Shown here: piece after piece, positions 1-7,168 of the stretch | Numbering within the stretch: the first letter of the stretch is position 1 | Layout of the letters: each line of letters begins with the position of its first letter | Sequence record: NC_048673.1 | Length of the DNA: 64,000 nt | Reading direction: 5' to 3' (one strand) | Program-made: the position numbers and the translations under genes | Notes under the pieces: model-generated | The model's input: only the letters and a program-made list of their open reading frames with translations | Database searches by the model: none | Told to the model about the DNA's origin: nothing

Positions 1-118
1 CAAAAAAGCAAACTTTAGTGTAGAAAGTTTTGATCTTGGTATAGTTACCCATATCAACAACTTCTACCTTTTCGTAAGCTTCTTCGCAGATTTCAATAAC
101 ACGTTTTACATCGTACAT
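1..118 (-). CDS. hypothetical protein, truncated by the window edge
   Basis: ATG at 118 with upstream AAGGG SD-like sequence; frame is open to position 1 (MYDVKRVIEICEEAYEKV...). Confidence 0.55.
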   Translation of the reverse strand, partial: MYDVKRVIEICEEAYEKVEVVDMGNYTKIKTFYTKVCFF

Positions 119-196
119 CTTTATATCCCTTTTTATTCTTATAGTTTCTTCACTATACACAAATGAAAATCCCCCGTCAATAGACGAGGGATGTTT

Positions 197-598
197 TTAT
201 TTGAAACGTTTTACCTTGTAGATCACCAGCTTAATGAACTCCAATGAATCCTCAAGTGCGTTTAAAGTTCCTTTAAACTCTGGTTTTCCATCAAGTAACT
301 CAGCCAACTCAGAGCCGTTGTCGTAAAGTCCCTGTAACACACTCAGAGCGTCGTCTGACGCAACTTCAAAGTGGTTGTATACCAACTCGATGTCGTTAGC
401 CAAGGCGCTCTCTGCAACCGAATCTAGGTAGTCATCTGGGAATTCCTTATAGAACTCATCAAGTGCCATATGGAGCGCATAATTGTTGGTTGTAAGATGG
501 AGATAGTGGATCTTTGCAACCGTCTTTAATCCAAGAGTCACAAATCTAGATACTCTATCTGAGATTCGTTTCATATCATATTTATAAGCTATTTTCAT
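197..598 (-). CDS. Dps/ferritin-like four-helix protein
   Basis: HYLHLTTNNYALHMALDEFY...D..AE matches the Dps ferroxidase-type H..H/D/E pattern; terminator-like hairpin at about 167-196. Confidence 0.6.
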   Translation of the reverse strand: MKIAYKYDMKRISDRVSRFVTLGLKTVAKIHYLHLTTNNYALHMALDEFYKEFPDDYLDSVAESALANDIELVYNHFEVASDDALSVLQGLYDNGSELAELLDGKPEFKGTLNALEDSLEFIKLVIYKVKRFK

Positions 599-1149
599 TG
601 CATTCCCAATTTAACGATTAATGATTCCATCCTGAATGCGGCATAACTAATTAGACCGTATGTGGTATTTATTTGTTTACCACCATCCAAGTGATATGAA
701 CAACTACTACGATTAGTGAATTGTCTCTGACCATTGGTACATGTGAAATAAGGTTCATCAATAATGATCATACTATATTTTTCAATCCTACTTCCATGAA
801 TAACATGATTGTATGTACCACGAGAATAAAACCTATTAACAAAGTCGCTAATTGACAACACTTGGTCTTTTAAATGTGGTGCCACCGACAATATAGATCT
901 GATAGTAGGATGGTTGTGAACAACATACAAAGCGTCTTTATGTTCTTCTAACAACATAATAGCAGCAGATGTTTTTCCTGTTTGTCTTCCCATATCCAAG
1001 CATATAGTCCCCAACTCTTGTTGGAATGCATCAGGAGATATCATCAATCGACTCCTGTCTAGATATTCGGAACTTTTAAATAATTTTAATTTTTTGTTTA
1101 CCATACTAACATATTCGTCTCTAAAGAAACTGTTTGGCGATATCATCAT
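595..1149 (-). CDS. small P-loop ATPase-like protein (terminase/SF2-like motifs)
   Basis: Walker A GRQTGKT and Walker B IIIDEP. Confidence 0.6.
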   Translation of the reverse strand: MMISPNSFFRDEYVSMVNKKLKLFKSSEYLDRSRLMISPDAFQQELGTICLDMGRQTGKTSAAIMLLEEHKDALYVVHNHPTIRSILSVAPHLKDQVLSISDFVNRFYSRGTYNHVIHGSRIEKYSMIIIDEPYFTCTNGQRQFTNRSSCSYHLDGGKQINTTYGLISYAAFRMESLIVKLGMQ

Positions 1150-1177
1150 ATCTGTTTTACCTTCTTATTAGTTTATT

Positions 1178-1387
1178 TTAATAAGCCATCGCGAACATAC
1201 GACGCTGTTTTGCTCGAAGGTCTTCACCTTCTTTCTCTTTCAACAGTTCATCCGGCTTTGCATCCAGACTAACCTGTTTGGCTTCTACGTTTTCCCACAG
1301 TTTGGAGTTATACCATTTTTCATTACCACCATTGGCACCACCACGACCCTCACGGGCATGACTTTTCTCATGAATATTCTTAGCCAT
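1178..1387 (-). CDS. hypothetical protein (late promoter upstream)
   Basis: 69-aa ORF with AGGAG SD; CTAAATA on the minus strand at 1417-1423. Confidence 0.6.
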   Translation of the reverse strand: MAKNIHEKSHAREGRGGANGGNEKWYNSKLWENVEAKQVSLDAKPDELLKEKEGEDLRAKQRRMFAMAY

Positions 1388-1426
1388 TTAAAACTCTCCT
1401 ATAGTTGATATGAACATATTTAGGGA

Positions 1427-1612
1427 TTAAAGACTACGAATAATCGACATAGCAATCAAAACGGGCCAAATTGCTGATACAGAAAGATAATCCATAACTT
1501 CTTTAAAAGTAGGGGTCCTATCCTCTTCTCGGTCTTGATGATCGGTAATCCCAAATGCGGTAATGAATACCAGAACACCAATCAAATACACAATAAAAAT
1601 TCCAGTCAACAT
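1427..1612 (-). CDS. small membrane protein
   Basis: 61 aa with two hydrophobic segments; GGAG SD upstream. Confidence 0.6.
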   Translation of the reverse strand: MLTGIFIVYLIGVLVFITAFGITDHQDREEDRTPTFKEVMDYLSVSAIWPVLIAMSIIRSL

Positions 1613-1629
1613 ATCAAATTCTCCGTTAA

Positions 1630-1875
1630 TAAAAAGAAAAACGGGGACTATATCAAGCCAGTCAAAGCAAGATAAAGTCCCCGTTGCCGAACGTTGTCTT
1701 TGGTGTCAGACAACAACCTTGTGATAGTGGTAGGTCACACCACCCTCTTTAAAACGGGGACCATAATCGAGGCAATATGGTCTCTTTTCGTCTAGTGACA
1801 ATACAGGGTATCACCTTTACCCTTGACTCGTATTGTTTGACGCCGCTGCGCCACTCTTGGGGCGCGTACACTTTA
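1630..1875 (-). ncRNA. candidate structured ncRNA (~240 nt)
   Basis: Intergenic; five or six consecutive hairpins, ending in the long AACGGGGACT/AGTCCCCGTT stem followed by a U-tract on the minus strand. Confidence 0.45.
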
Positions 1876-1880
1876 AAATC

Positions 1881-2132
1881 TTAACTATATTGATAACCGG
1901 CGTTAGCCTTTTTCATTTCGTAATCATCATCAACAAAAACATCGTGATTACCGTGCATGATATCATGTTTCAATTTACGATCTCGCTGACGACTCAATGT
2001 ATTATAACGATCTTTGACACCCGATTCTGGATAACTAGGATATTTATCTCCCAGATCCCGATTCACTTTAAGTTCATCACCATACCAACTGTCCAGATGT
2101 TTTTCATTTTTACGACGAAATGTCTTACCCAT
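1881..2132 (-). CDS. hypothetical protein
   Basis: 83-aa ORF (MGKTFRRKNEK...) with AAGGA SD. Confidence 0.65.
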   Translation of the reverse strand: MGKTFRRKNEKHLDSWYGDELKVNRDLGDKYPSYPESGVKDRYNTLSRQRDRKLKHDIMHGNHDVFVDDDYEMKKANAGYQYS

Positions 2133-2142
2133 ATATCATTCC

Positions 2143-2337
2143 TTACAGGCTTTCTATGTATTTAATCACTCGGTTTAGTATTTCATCTGAATCATTTATC
2201 TCAATATCATCAAATGCATACTTTATCTTTTTTATTACAGTTTCTTTCTTCCATCCGATCTCGAAAGCATCATTAACGAAAGAAACCCAATCAATAATAT
2301 AACCGGAATTATAAAATTTCTCTATCAGAATATCCAA
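2143..2337 (-). CDS. hypothetical protein; the in-frame upstream extension carries an AlaRS-like motif
   Basis: Frame is open upstream to a TAG at 2392-2394 and reads FYQFETNGIPLDILIEKF; true start unclear. Confidence 0.45.
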   Translation of the reverse strand: MDILIEKFYNSGYIIDWVSFVNDAFEIGWKKETVIKKIKYAFDDIEINDSDEILNRVIKYIESL

Positions 2338-2487
2338 CGGAATACCATTTGTTTCAAACTGATAAAATATATTACATAAAACCGGAATACCACTATTGGT
2401 ATAACCATTTACAAAAACACTATTTTTACCTTTACGTCCTAACGGCTTGCGTTTAGCGGTGACATATACAACCTCTCTTTTTAAGTT

Positions 2488-2960
2488 TTAGCTTCATGTG
2501 CGGCTGCAAAGCAGGTCGAACCACCAAGGCACATACTTGTTGATGTGGTTCCGTAAATCGATCCGGTCGCACCATCACCGGACTTAATAGCATTGGCTAT
2601 CCGAGCCCAACATACAAACATCATCACCCCAATGGACTACGCCTGCAAAACGGTCTTGCTCGTTACTTTTACGCTTAGGCCCTTATGGGAATCTAAGCCT
2701 TATATTTAACGTCATAACGGACGAGCTTATGTGATGGCTTGAATCAGTGGTCATTCACAAGCAATACTCCCTATGTAACCTTTTACCCGTCACGGACTAG
2801 AACCTTATTACAGGGAAGGAACCTACATCACCATTTGAGTAATGGGAGAGGTCGGGGTTCGGTTTTTATTTTCTAGCTTTCACTAGATTTTTTACAAATA
2901 CCGGTGGGCTACTTAAAGCGTCGATTCTCATAGACCGGACTATTGACGAGAATCCAAAAT
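2488..2960 (-). ncRNA. candidate large structured ncRNA, 3' part
   Basis: About 470 nt with no credible ORF, higher GC, at least 9 hairpins and a possible pseudoknot (loop 2934-2939 with 2900-2905). Confidence 0.5.
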
Positions 2961-2961
2961 T

Positions 2962-3037
2962 TGGTGCCGAATGTCCGACTCGAACGGACCACCCCAGCGT
3001 TACAAAGGCTGTGCTCTACCAGATGAGCTAATTCGGC
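2962..3037 (-). tRNA. tRNA-Thr(UGU)
   Basis: 76-nt cloverleaf; GCCGAAT/ATTCGGC acceptor stem, TTCGAGT T-loop, encoded CCA. Confidence 0.95.
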
Positions 3038-3038
3038 A

Positions 3039-3315
3039 GCGGATTATAATCAGGATCGTTAGACTGTGATTATATCCTAATGTAGTTGACATGCTATCAC
3101 AAGGAGGAAGGACGTTCAACTGATTTTGTCCATCTGTTCGTTGTTTGGTAAAGGACAGTTACCTCAAGTTCAACCCTGCTTGTCAAGGAGTAGTTACCAT
3201 ATCGTCTTTATACTACCAATCCCGCCTGAAACCTAAAGGCACGTTTCAGGATATCCAGATTCTCTATGGCTGGCTTATTCCGGGGCATACGTCGTTACCC
3301 GTTCTTTGTGCTAAG
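3039..3315 (-). ncRNA. candidate large structured ncRNA, 5' part
   Basis: Non-coding; hairpins at 3225-3250 (8 bp) and 3041-3077 (11 bp) plus others. Confidence 0.45.
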
Positions 3316-3391
3316 TGGTCGGTGATACAGGACTCGAACCTGTGACCCTCTGGTCCCAAACCAGACGCGCTACCAACTGCGCTAATCACCG
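3316..3391 (-). tRNA. tRNA-Pro(UGG)
   Basis: 76-nt cloverleaf; TCTGG-TT TGG GA-CCAGA anticodon arm; CCA. Confidence 0.96.
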
Positions 3392-3545
3392 AAAAGTTCC
3401 AAACCAACTGTATTTTACATACCAGATGACCACATCCCTATAATGGTTGATTTGGATTACCCCGTGCTTATCCGTAACGGTTTAAAACCGCAAGGGGGCA
3501 TCGTCTCCGAGGATTTTATCAGAACGTCTTCTAACTTCTTCTATT

Positions 3546-3636
3546 TGGTGGATGCTGTTGGATTCGAACCAACTTGTTTACCCAGAGGGAACGGATTTAC
3601 AGTCCGCCGCTACACCGCCATCGTAGCCGAACATCC
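3546..3636 (-). tRNA. tRNA-Tyr(GUA)
   Basis: 91 nt with long variable arm; anticodon GTA; CCA. Confidence 0.95.
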
Positions 3637-3642
3637 AGAATT

Positions 3643-3718
3643 TGGCTGGCGAGGTGGGATTCGAACCCACGACATACGGATTAACAGTCCGCTGTTCTAC
3701 CTACTGAACTACACGCCA
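3643..3718 (-). tRNA. tRNA-Asn(GUU)
   Basis: 76-nt cloverleaf; anticodon GTT; CCA. Confidence 0.95.
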
Positions 3719-3719
3719 T

Positions 3720-3797
3720 TGGAAGCGGGAGGTGGATTTGAACCACCGATTTCCAGATAATGAGTCTGGCGAGAACTCCTGACTTCTCCACCCCGCT
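3720..3797 (-). tRNA. tRNA-Met(CAU), initiator-like scaffold with atypical features
   Basis: AGCGGGGTGGAG... 5' end resembles fMet tRNA; anticodon loop CT CAT TA; CCA. Confidence 0.88.
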
Positions 3798-3961
3798 ATG
3801 ATATTTAGGGTGGTCTTTCACCCTTCATGAATCTTGGTCATTATAACCCGGCTACATACGCGCATCAACATCCCTTTTGATATTTTTAGAAGCGATGGGA
3901 CTCTGTATCGCTTCATTATTATCGTAAGGTCAACGACCATTAAATTCGTGAGAGCTTACAA

Positions 3962-4156
3962 CTATAGAATATATGCATTAACTATGGATTTTTCGATCTG
4001 TCTTACTGATGTAAGTTTACTCTTACCTTTAAACTTAAAGGCAGGTTCTCCATTTGGAGCAAACCCAAAGACTACTAAACTATGGCGTCCATTCTTCCAA
4101 TGGATTATACCATCACCAACTGACCAATTTTCAATTATGGATTTTATACCAGACAT
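3962..4156 (-). CDS. hypothetical protein inside the tRNA cluster
   Basis: 64-aa ORF with GAGAG SD. Confidence 0.55.
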   Translation of the reverse strand: MSGIKSIIENWSVGDGIIHWKNGRHSLVVFGFAPNGEPAFKFKGKSKLTSVRQIEKSIVNAYIL

Positions 4157-4178
4157 AATATAGCTCTCATCAAAAATT

Positions 4179-4255
4179 TGGTGGCCCCTACTGGACTCGA
4201 ACCAGTGACCAACCGATTATGAGTCGGTTGCTCTAACCAACTGAGCTAAGGGGCC
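4179..4255 (-). tRNA. tRNA-Ile2(CAU, lysidine type)
   Basis: GGCCCCT/AGGGGCC acceptor stem and body closely resemble enterobacterial ileX; anticodon CAT. Confidence 0.88.
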
Positions 4256-4339
4256 AAATGATATGTTCTTTAGTCGAGCCGACTTATCCGTATTCTTTCA
4301 ACGGTGAGCTGATAGCTGTAACACATCAATTTTAAATCT

Positions 4340-4415
4340 TGGAGCGGGTAGCCGGTAACGATCCGGTCTACTCAAACTTGGAAGGCTTGCATGTATCCAT
4401 AAACACCTTACCCGC
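4340..4415 (-). tRNA. tRNA-Gly(UCC)
   Basis: GCGGGTA/TACCCGC acceptor stem, U73, anticodon TCC; non-canonical T-loop ATCGTTA. Confidence 0.88.
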
Positions 4416-4416
4416 T

Positions 4417-4500
4417 TGGTCGGGATGGACGGACTCGAACCGTCACGCCTATGGCGCTAGAACCTAAATCTAGTGTGTCTGCCAATTTCACCACATCCCG
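4417..4500 (-). tRNA. tRNA-Leu(UAG)
   Basis: 84 nt with variable arm; anticodon TAG; CCA. Confidence 0.95.
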
Positions 4501-4577
4501 TGGTGCGCCGTACTGGATTCGAACCAGTGACCCACGCTTTAGAAGAACGTTGCTCTATCCAACTGAGCTAACAGCGC
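4501..4577 (-). tRNA. tRNA-Arg(UCU)
   Basis: 77-nt cloverleaf; anticodon TCT; CCA. Confidence 0.95.
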
Positions 4578-4579
4578 AA

Positions 4580-4624
4580 TTTATATAAACATCATATCAT
4601 AGTTAGAAAGGATGTTTAACTTTT
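4580..4624 (-). promoter_or_regulatory. sigma70-type promoter driving the tRNA array (copy 1 of a 45-bp repeat)
   Basis: Minus strand TTAAAC-17 nt-TATGAT with extended TG; near-identical to 5694-5738. Confidence 0.7.
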
Positions 4625-5006
4625 ATTTGAAGTATTTTTCGAAGTAAGCGACTGGATGTCTGGCTTCTTCATCATACTCGTATTTAGGGGTGTCAGAAAA
4701 CAATACCCTATAAGCAGTTTTCATCCCCGAACCATATGGTATCTCAATTTCATCGTTAAAGTCAAATGCTATATAACCTTTTTTACGGAGAGACCGACAA
4801 CTAACACTCAACCAAGGTCCACAACAGGATCTAAGTCTACCAATTGCATAGATATCCTTACCATCATTGTTAATATAGCAATAAATTTTGTCTACATCAA
4901 CACCATGGATATTTTTCCATTCTTCGCTGGTTTGTTTGAAGACCAAACTTGATTGAATCTCAGTAAGATCTTTCATGCTAAACCACCATATATTTCCACA
5001 TCCCAA
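4623..5006 (-). CDS. hypothetical protein
   Basis: 127-aa ORF; true start probably at an internal Met. Confidence 0.6.
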   Translation of the reverse strand: MGCGNIWWFSMKDLTEIQSSLVFKQTSEEWKNIHGVDVDKIYCYINNDGKDIYAIGRLRSCCGPWLSVSCRSLRKKGYIAFDFNDEIEIPYGSGMKTAYRVLFSDTPKYEYDEEARHPVAYFEKYFK

Positions 5007-5362
5007 GAAATGATTTCTGTAACTTTGTAATTAGCACAGTCACCATTAGCCAAACCACGGATACAGAAAGAAGGAAGACACCCATGAACATCATACACTT
5101 TGTCATTGGTTATTTCTACGTCACCCGTAACAATAATGATATTACCTTTCTTGTAAGTTTCTACGGAATTCAGAATACCAACCGGATCGGGGGTATCTTT
5201 AGCATTATCGACGTTAAAACATTTTTGACCAAAATTGATTAGAACTGGTAGCTTTTCAGAGAATTCATCTACAACTTGTTCACTCAAAATGAATTTTTGA
5301 CCATTAGTATTGACCAATAAACCTTTTTCATTAAGGTTATAGGCACCAAGCTTCACTTTCAT
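4973..5362 (-). CDS. hypothetical protein, possible degenerate prohead-protease-fold paralog
   Basis: 129 aa; SFCIRGLA...ISWDV resembles gp21 GVSSRGLG...VGVDV. Confidence 0.55.
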   Translation of the reverse strand: MKVKLGAYNLNEKGLLVNTNGQKFILSEQVVDEFSEKLPVLINFGQKCFNVDNAKDTPDPVGILNSVETYKKGNIIIVTGDVEITNDKVYDVHGCLPSFCIRGLANGDCANYKVTEIISWDVEIYGGLA

Positions 5363-5597
5363 TTTAATATCTCGATTTTTGATAGAAAGGCTTCAAATGT
5401 TTACCACGCATAATCTTAACGCATTTACCTTTACAGTGATCTTCATTGAAGATACTACTCCAAAGGACATCGCGCATGTAATTTCTGATGTATACGTTCA
5501 TATTAAGCATCTCATATTGAATTTTGGAGATGATAAACTCATTTTACGTTCAAAAGCTCATTCAACAAAAAGGAATTTGGGTTTATCATCTCGTATT

Positions 5598-5690
5598 TGG
5601 TGCGTGAGGTGGGAATCGAACCCACGATGTGCCATTATGCAGTATCGGATTTTAAGTCCGATGCGTTTCAACCAACTTCGCCACTCACGC
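5598..5690 (-). tRNA. tRNA-Leu(UAA)
   Basis: 93 nt with long variable arm; anticodon TAA; CCA. Confidence 0.94.
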
Positions 5691-5693
5691 TCA

Positions 5694-5738
5694 TTTATAT
5701 AAACATCATATCACAGTTAGAAAGGATGTTTAACTTTT
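5694..5738 (-). promoter_or_regulatory. sigma70-type promoter upstream of tRNA-Leu(UAA) (copy 2)
   Basis: Differs from 4580-4624 by 1 nt. Confidence 0.7.
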
Positions 5739-5990
5739 ATTTTTACTTTCTTTTATACCAAGTCGATACGCTTCCACACAGTATGCATCTATCCTCGATA
5801 CAGGGACCATAAAAGCTTTAGAAAGCCGAATCTTAATACGTTCGTTCTCTTTAGCCCGCTCATATAGTTTTCGAAATGGCTCAGGGTCTATAGGCTGAAC
5901 AGAACATATTTGGTTTGCTATATCTAGCGGGTGTATTCTTCCCACCAAATTTACTTTTTCTGTTTCTAAAAACATCATATCATTTCTCAC
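5730..5990 (-). CDS. hypothetical protein
   Basis: 86-aa ORF overlapping the end of the upstream gene. Confidence 0.6.
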   Translation of the reverse strand: MRNDMMFLETEKVNLVGRIHPLDIANQICSVQPIDPEPFRKLYERAKENERIKIRLSKAFMVPVSRIDAYCVEAYRLGIKESKNKS

Positions 5991-6969
5991 TCAGATAAAC
6001 ATCATCATGCTTATACTCTTTGAACTCATTGTATTTAGAGTCCGTAATTTCAAGACAGTCGCCAACTCGAATCAAATCAACTTCATTTGACCAATTTGGT
6101 TTAGTTGATTCCACAACCATAGAGTAAGGAATCTTAACATCCCATTCAACCGGAGTCAACTGAATTTTTTCTGTTTGGTTAAACCCAGCAATCTGGATTT
6201 TTGTCATCATACGAACCTTTTCAAACTGCTTGCATGTCTGACGACCATATTCCTGTGATGTTAGCACAATATCCAAGTTATTACAACCAGCATAAAAATT
6301 TTCTAATTTTGCAAATTCTTCAATATTTTTGAAGATTGCATAAGTTGTATCGTCGTGATGAGCATAATCATTAATCTGATCTTGAGTTTTAATCAATCTG
6401 CTAAGTTCATAATGTTTTGCATTACCAATATGAACATTATCAATCATGATCTTAACATGATTCACAAGGATATCATCTTCTGGGTCTTCACTATCTTCGA
6501 TCAACTCTTTCAGTCTTTCTTGGAGAGTTTTAAGATGTCTAGCGACTCGTTCCGGTGTTACCGGTAGCCAGTCATCTGCATCAGAAACGTCGTATACAGG
6601 TTTCTCCCACCAACAAGTAATACCAAACTCCGAAACGAGATCGTATACATCAGACTTTACTACAATAAAAGAAGTCTCGTATTTTGTTTTGCTCCATAGG
6701 TCTGGGATTGTCCAACGATTTTCATCGTATGGATAAAATCCATGGGCTAAGTTCTCTTTAGAGACACCATCGTTAAACATGGATACGTTTTTCATTAAGC
6801 ATTCTAACGCAAGATTATCATCAATGTCAAACTCACCATAATCGTCATACACCGCAGTAAGTGGGAAAGCACTAATACAGTGTTTACCAGCAACTGGGAT
6901 CAAGCGAACTTTATCACCACCTTGAACGATTTGACGACTAACAGAACAAACAGTATTAAAACTACCCAT
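5980..6969 (-). CDS. conserved phage hypothetical protein
   Basis: Probable start MGSFNTVCSVSRQ at 6969 (the ORF track starts at an upstream TTG); YDDYG motif. Confidence 0.7.
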   Translation of the reverse strand: MGSFNTVCSVSRQIVQGGDKVRLIPVAGKHCISAFPLTAVYDDYGEFDIDDNLALECLMKNVSMFNDGVSKENLAHGFYPYDENRWTIPDLWSKTKYETSFIVVKSDVYDLVSEFGITCWWEKPVYDVSDADDWLPVTPERVARHLKTLQERLKELIEDSEDPEDDILVNHVKIMIDNVHIGNAKHYELSRLIKTQDQINDYAHHDDTTYAIFKNIEEFAKLENFYAGCNNLDIVLTSQEYGRQTCKQFEKVRMMTKIQIAGFNQTEKIQLTPVEWDVKIPYSMVVESTKPNWSNEVDLIRVGDCLEITDSKYNEFKEYKHDDVYLSEK

Positions 6970-6970
6970 A

Positions 6971-7108
6971 TCACCACCAAACCACGGTTTTGATTTCTTT
7001 GTTATCAATCCAAAATGCAGCACGTTCAGTAACAACAAGGTGATCGTATTTTGATTTTACTACATCTTTCGCTTCGATTTCTTGACCATTTTTAAGAACT
7101 ACTTTCAT
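6971..7108 (-). CDS. small hypothetical protein (45 aa; not in the ORF track)
   Basis: MKVVLKNGQEIEAKDVVKSKYDHLVVTERAAFWIDNKEIKTVVWW; AGGA SD upstream; stop lies next to the following ATG. Confidence 0.6.
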   Translation of the reverse strand: MKVVLKNGQEIEAKDVVKSKYDHLVVTERAAFWIDNKEIKTVVWW

Positions 7109-7168
7109 AAACCATCCTATCAAAAAAAATAAACCCCTAACGAAAATCGCTAGGGGTGTTAATACGTT

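Noticed and set aside
1640-1685. Group I intron S-like motif GATATAGTCC
   Set aside because: It is simply one arm of a local hairpin; no P3/P4/P6 core or interrupted gene is present.
2392-2450. Possible TAG-readthrough or alternative genetic code
   Set aside because: All core genes translate intact in the standard code, and no suppressor tRNA is present.
2488-2960. tmRNA, RNase P RNA or theta/HDV-like ribozyme identity for the structured region
   Set aside because: No GGGG..GATTCGAC 5' end or T-arm-CCA 3' end, and no GAGGAAAGUCC. The HDV-like P1/P3 nesting after tRNA-Thr lacks a P2 partner and a J4/2 catalytic C.
3145-4163. Plus-strand ORFs over the tRNA cluster (3145-3345, 3443-3760, 3834-4163, also 5597-5812)
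   Set aside because: They are antisense to tRNA genes or structured RNA and look like chance ORFs.
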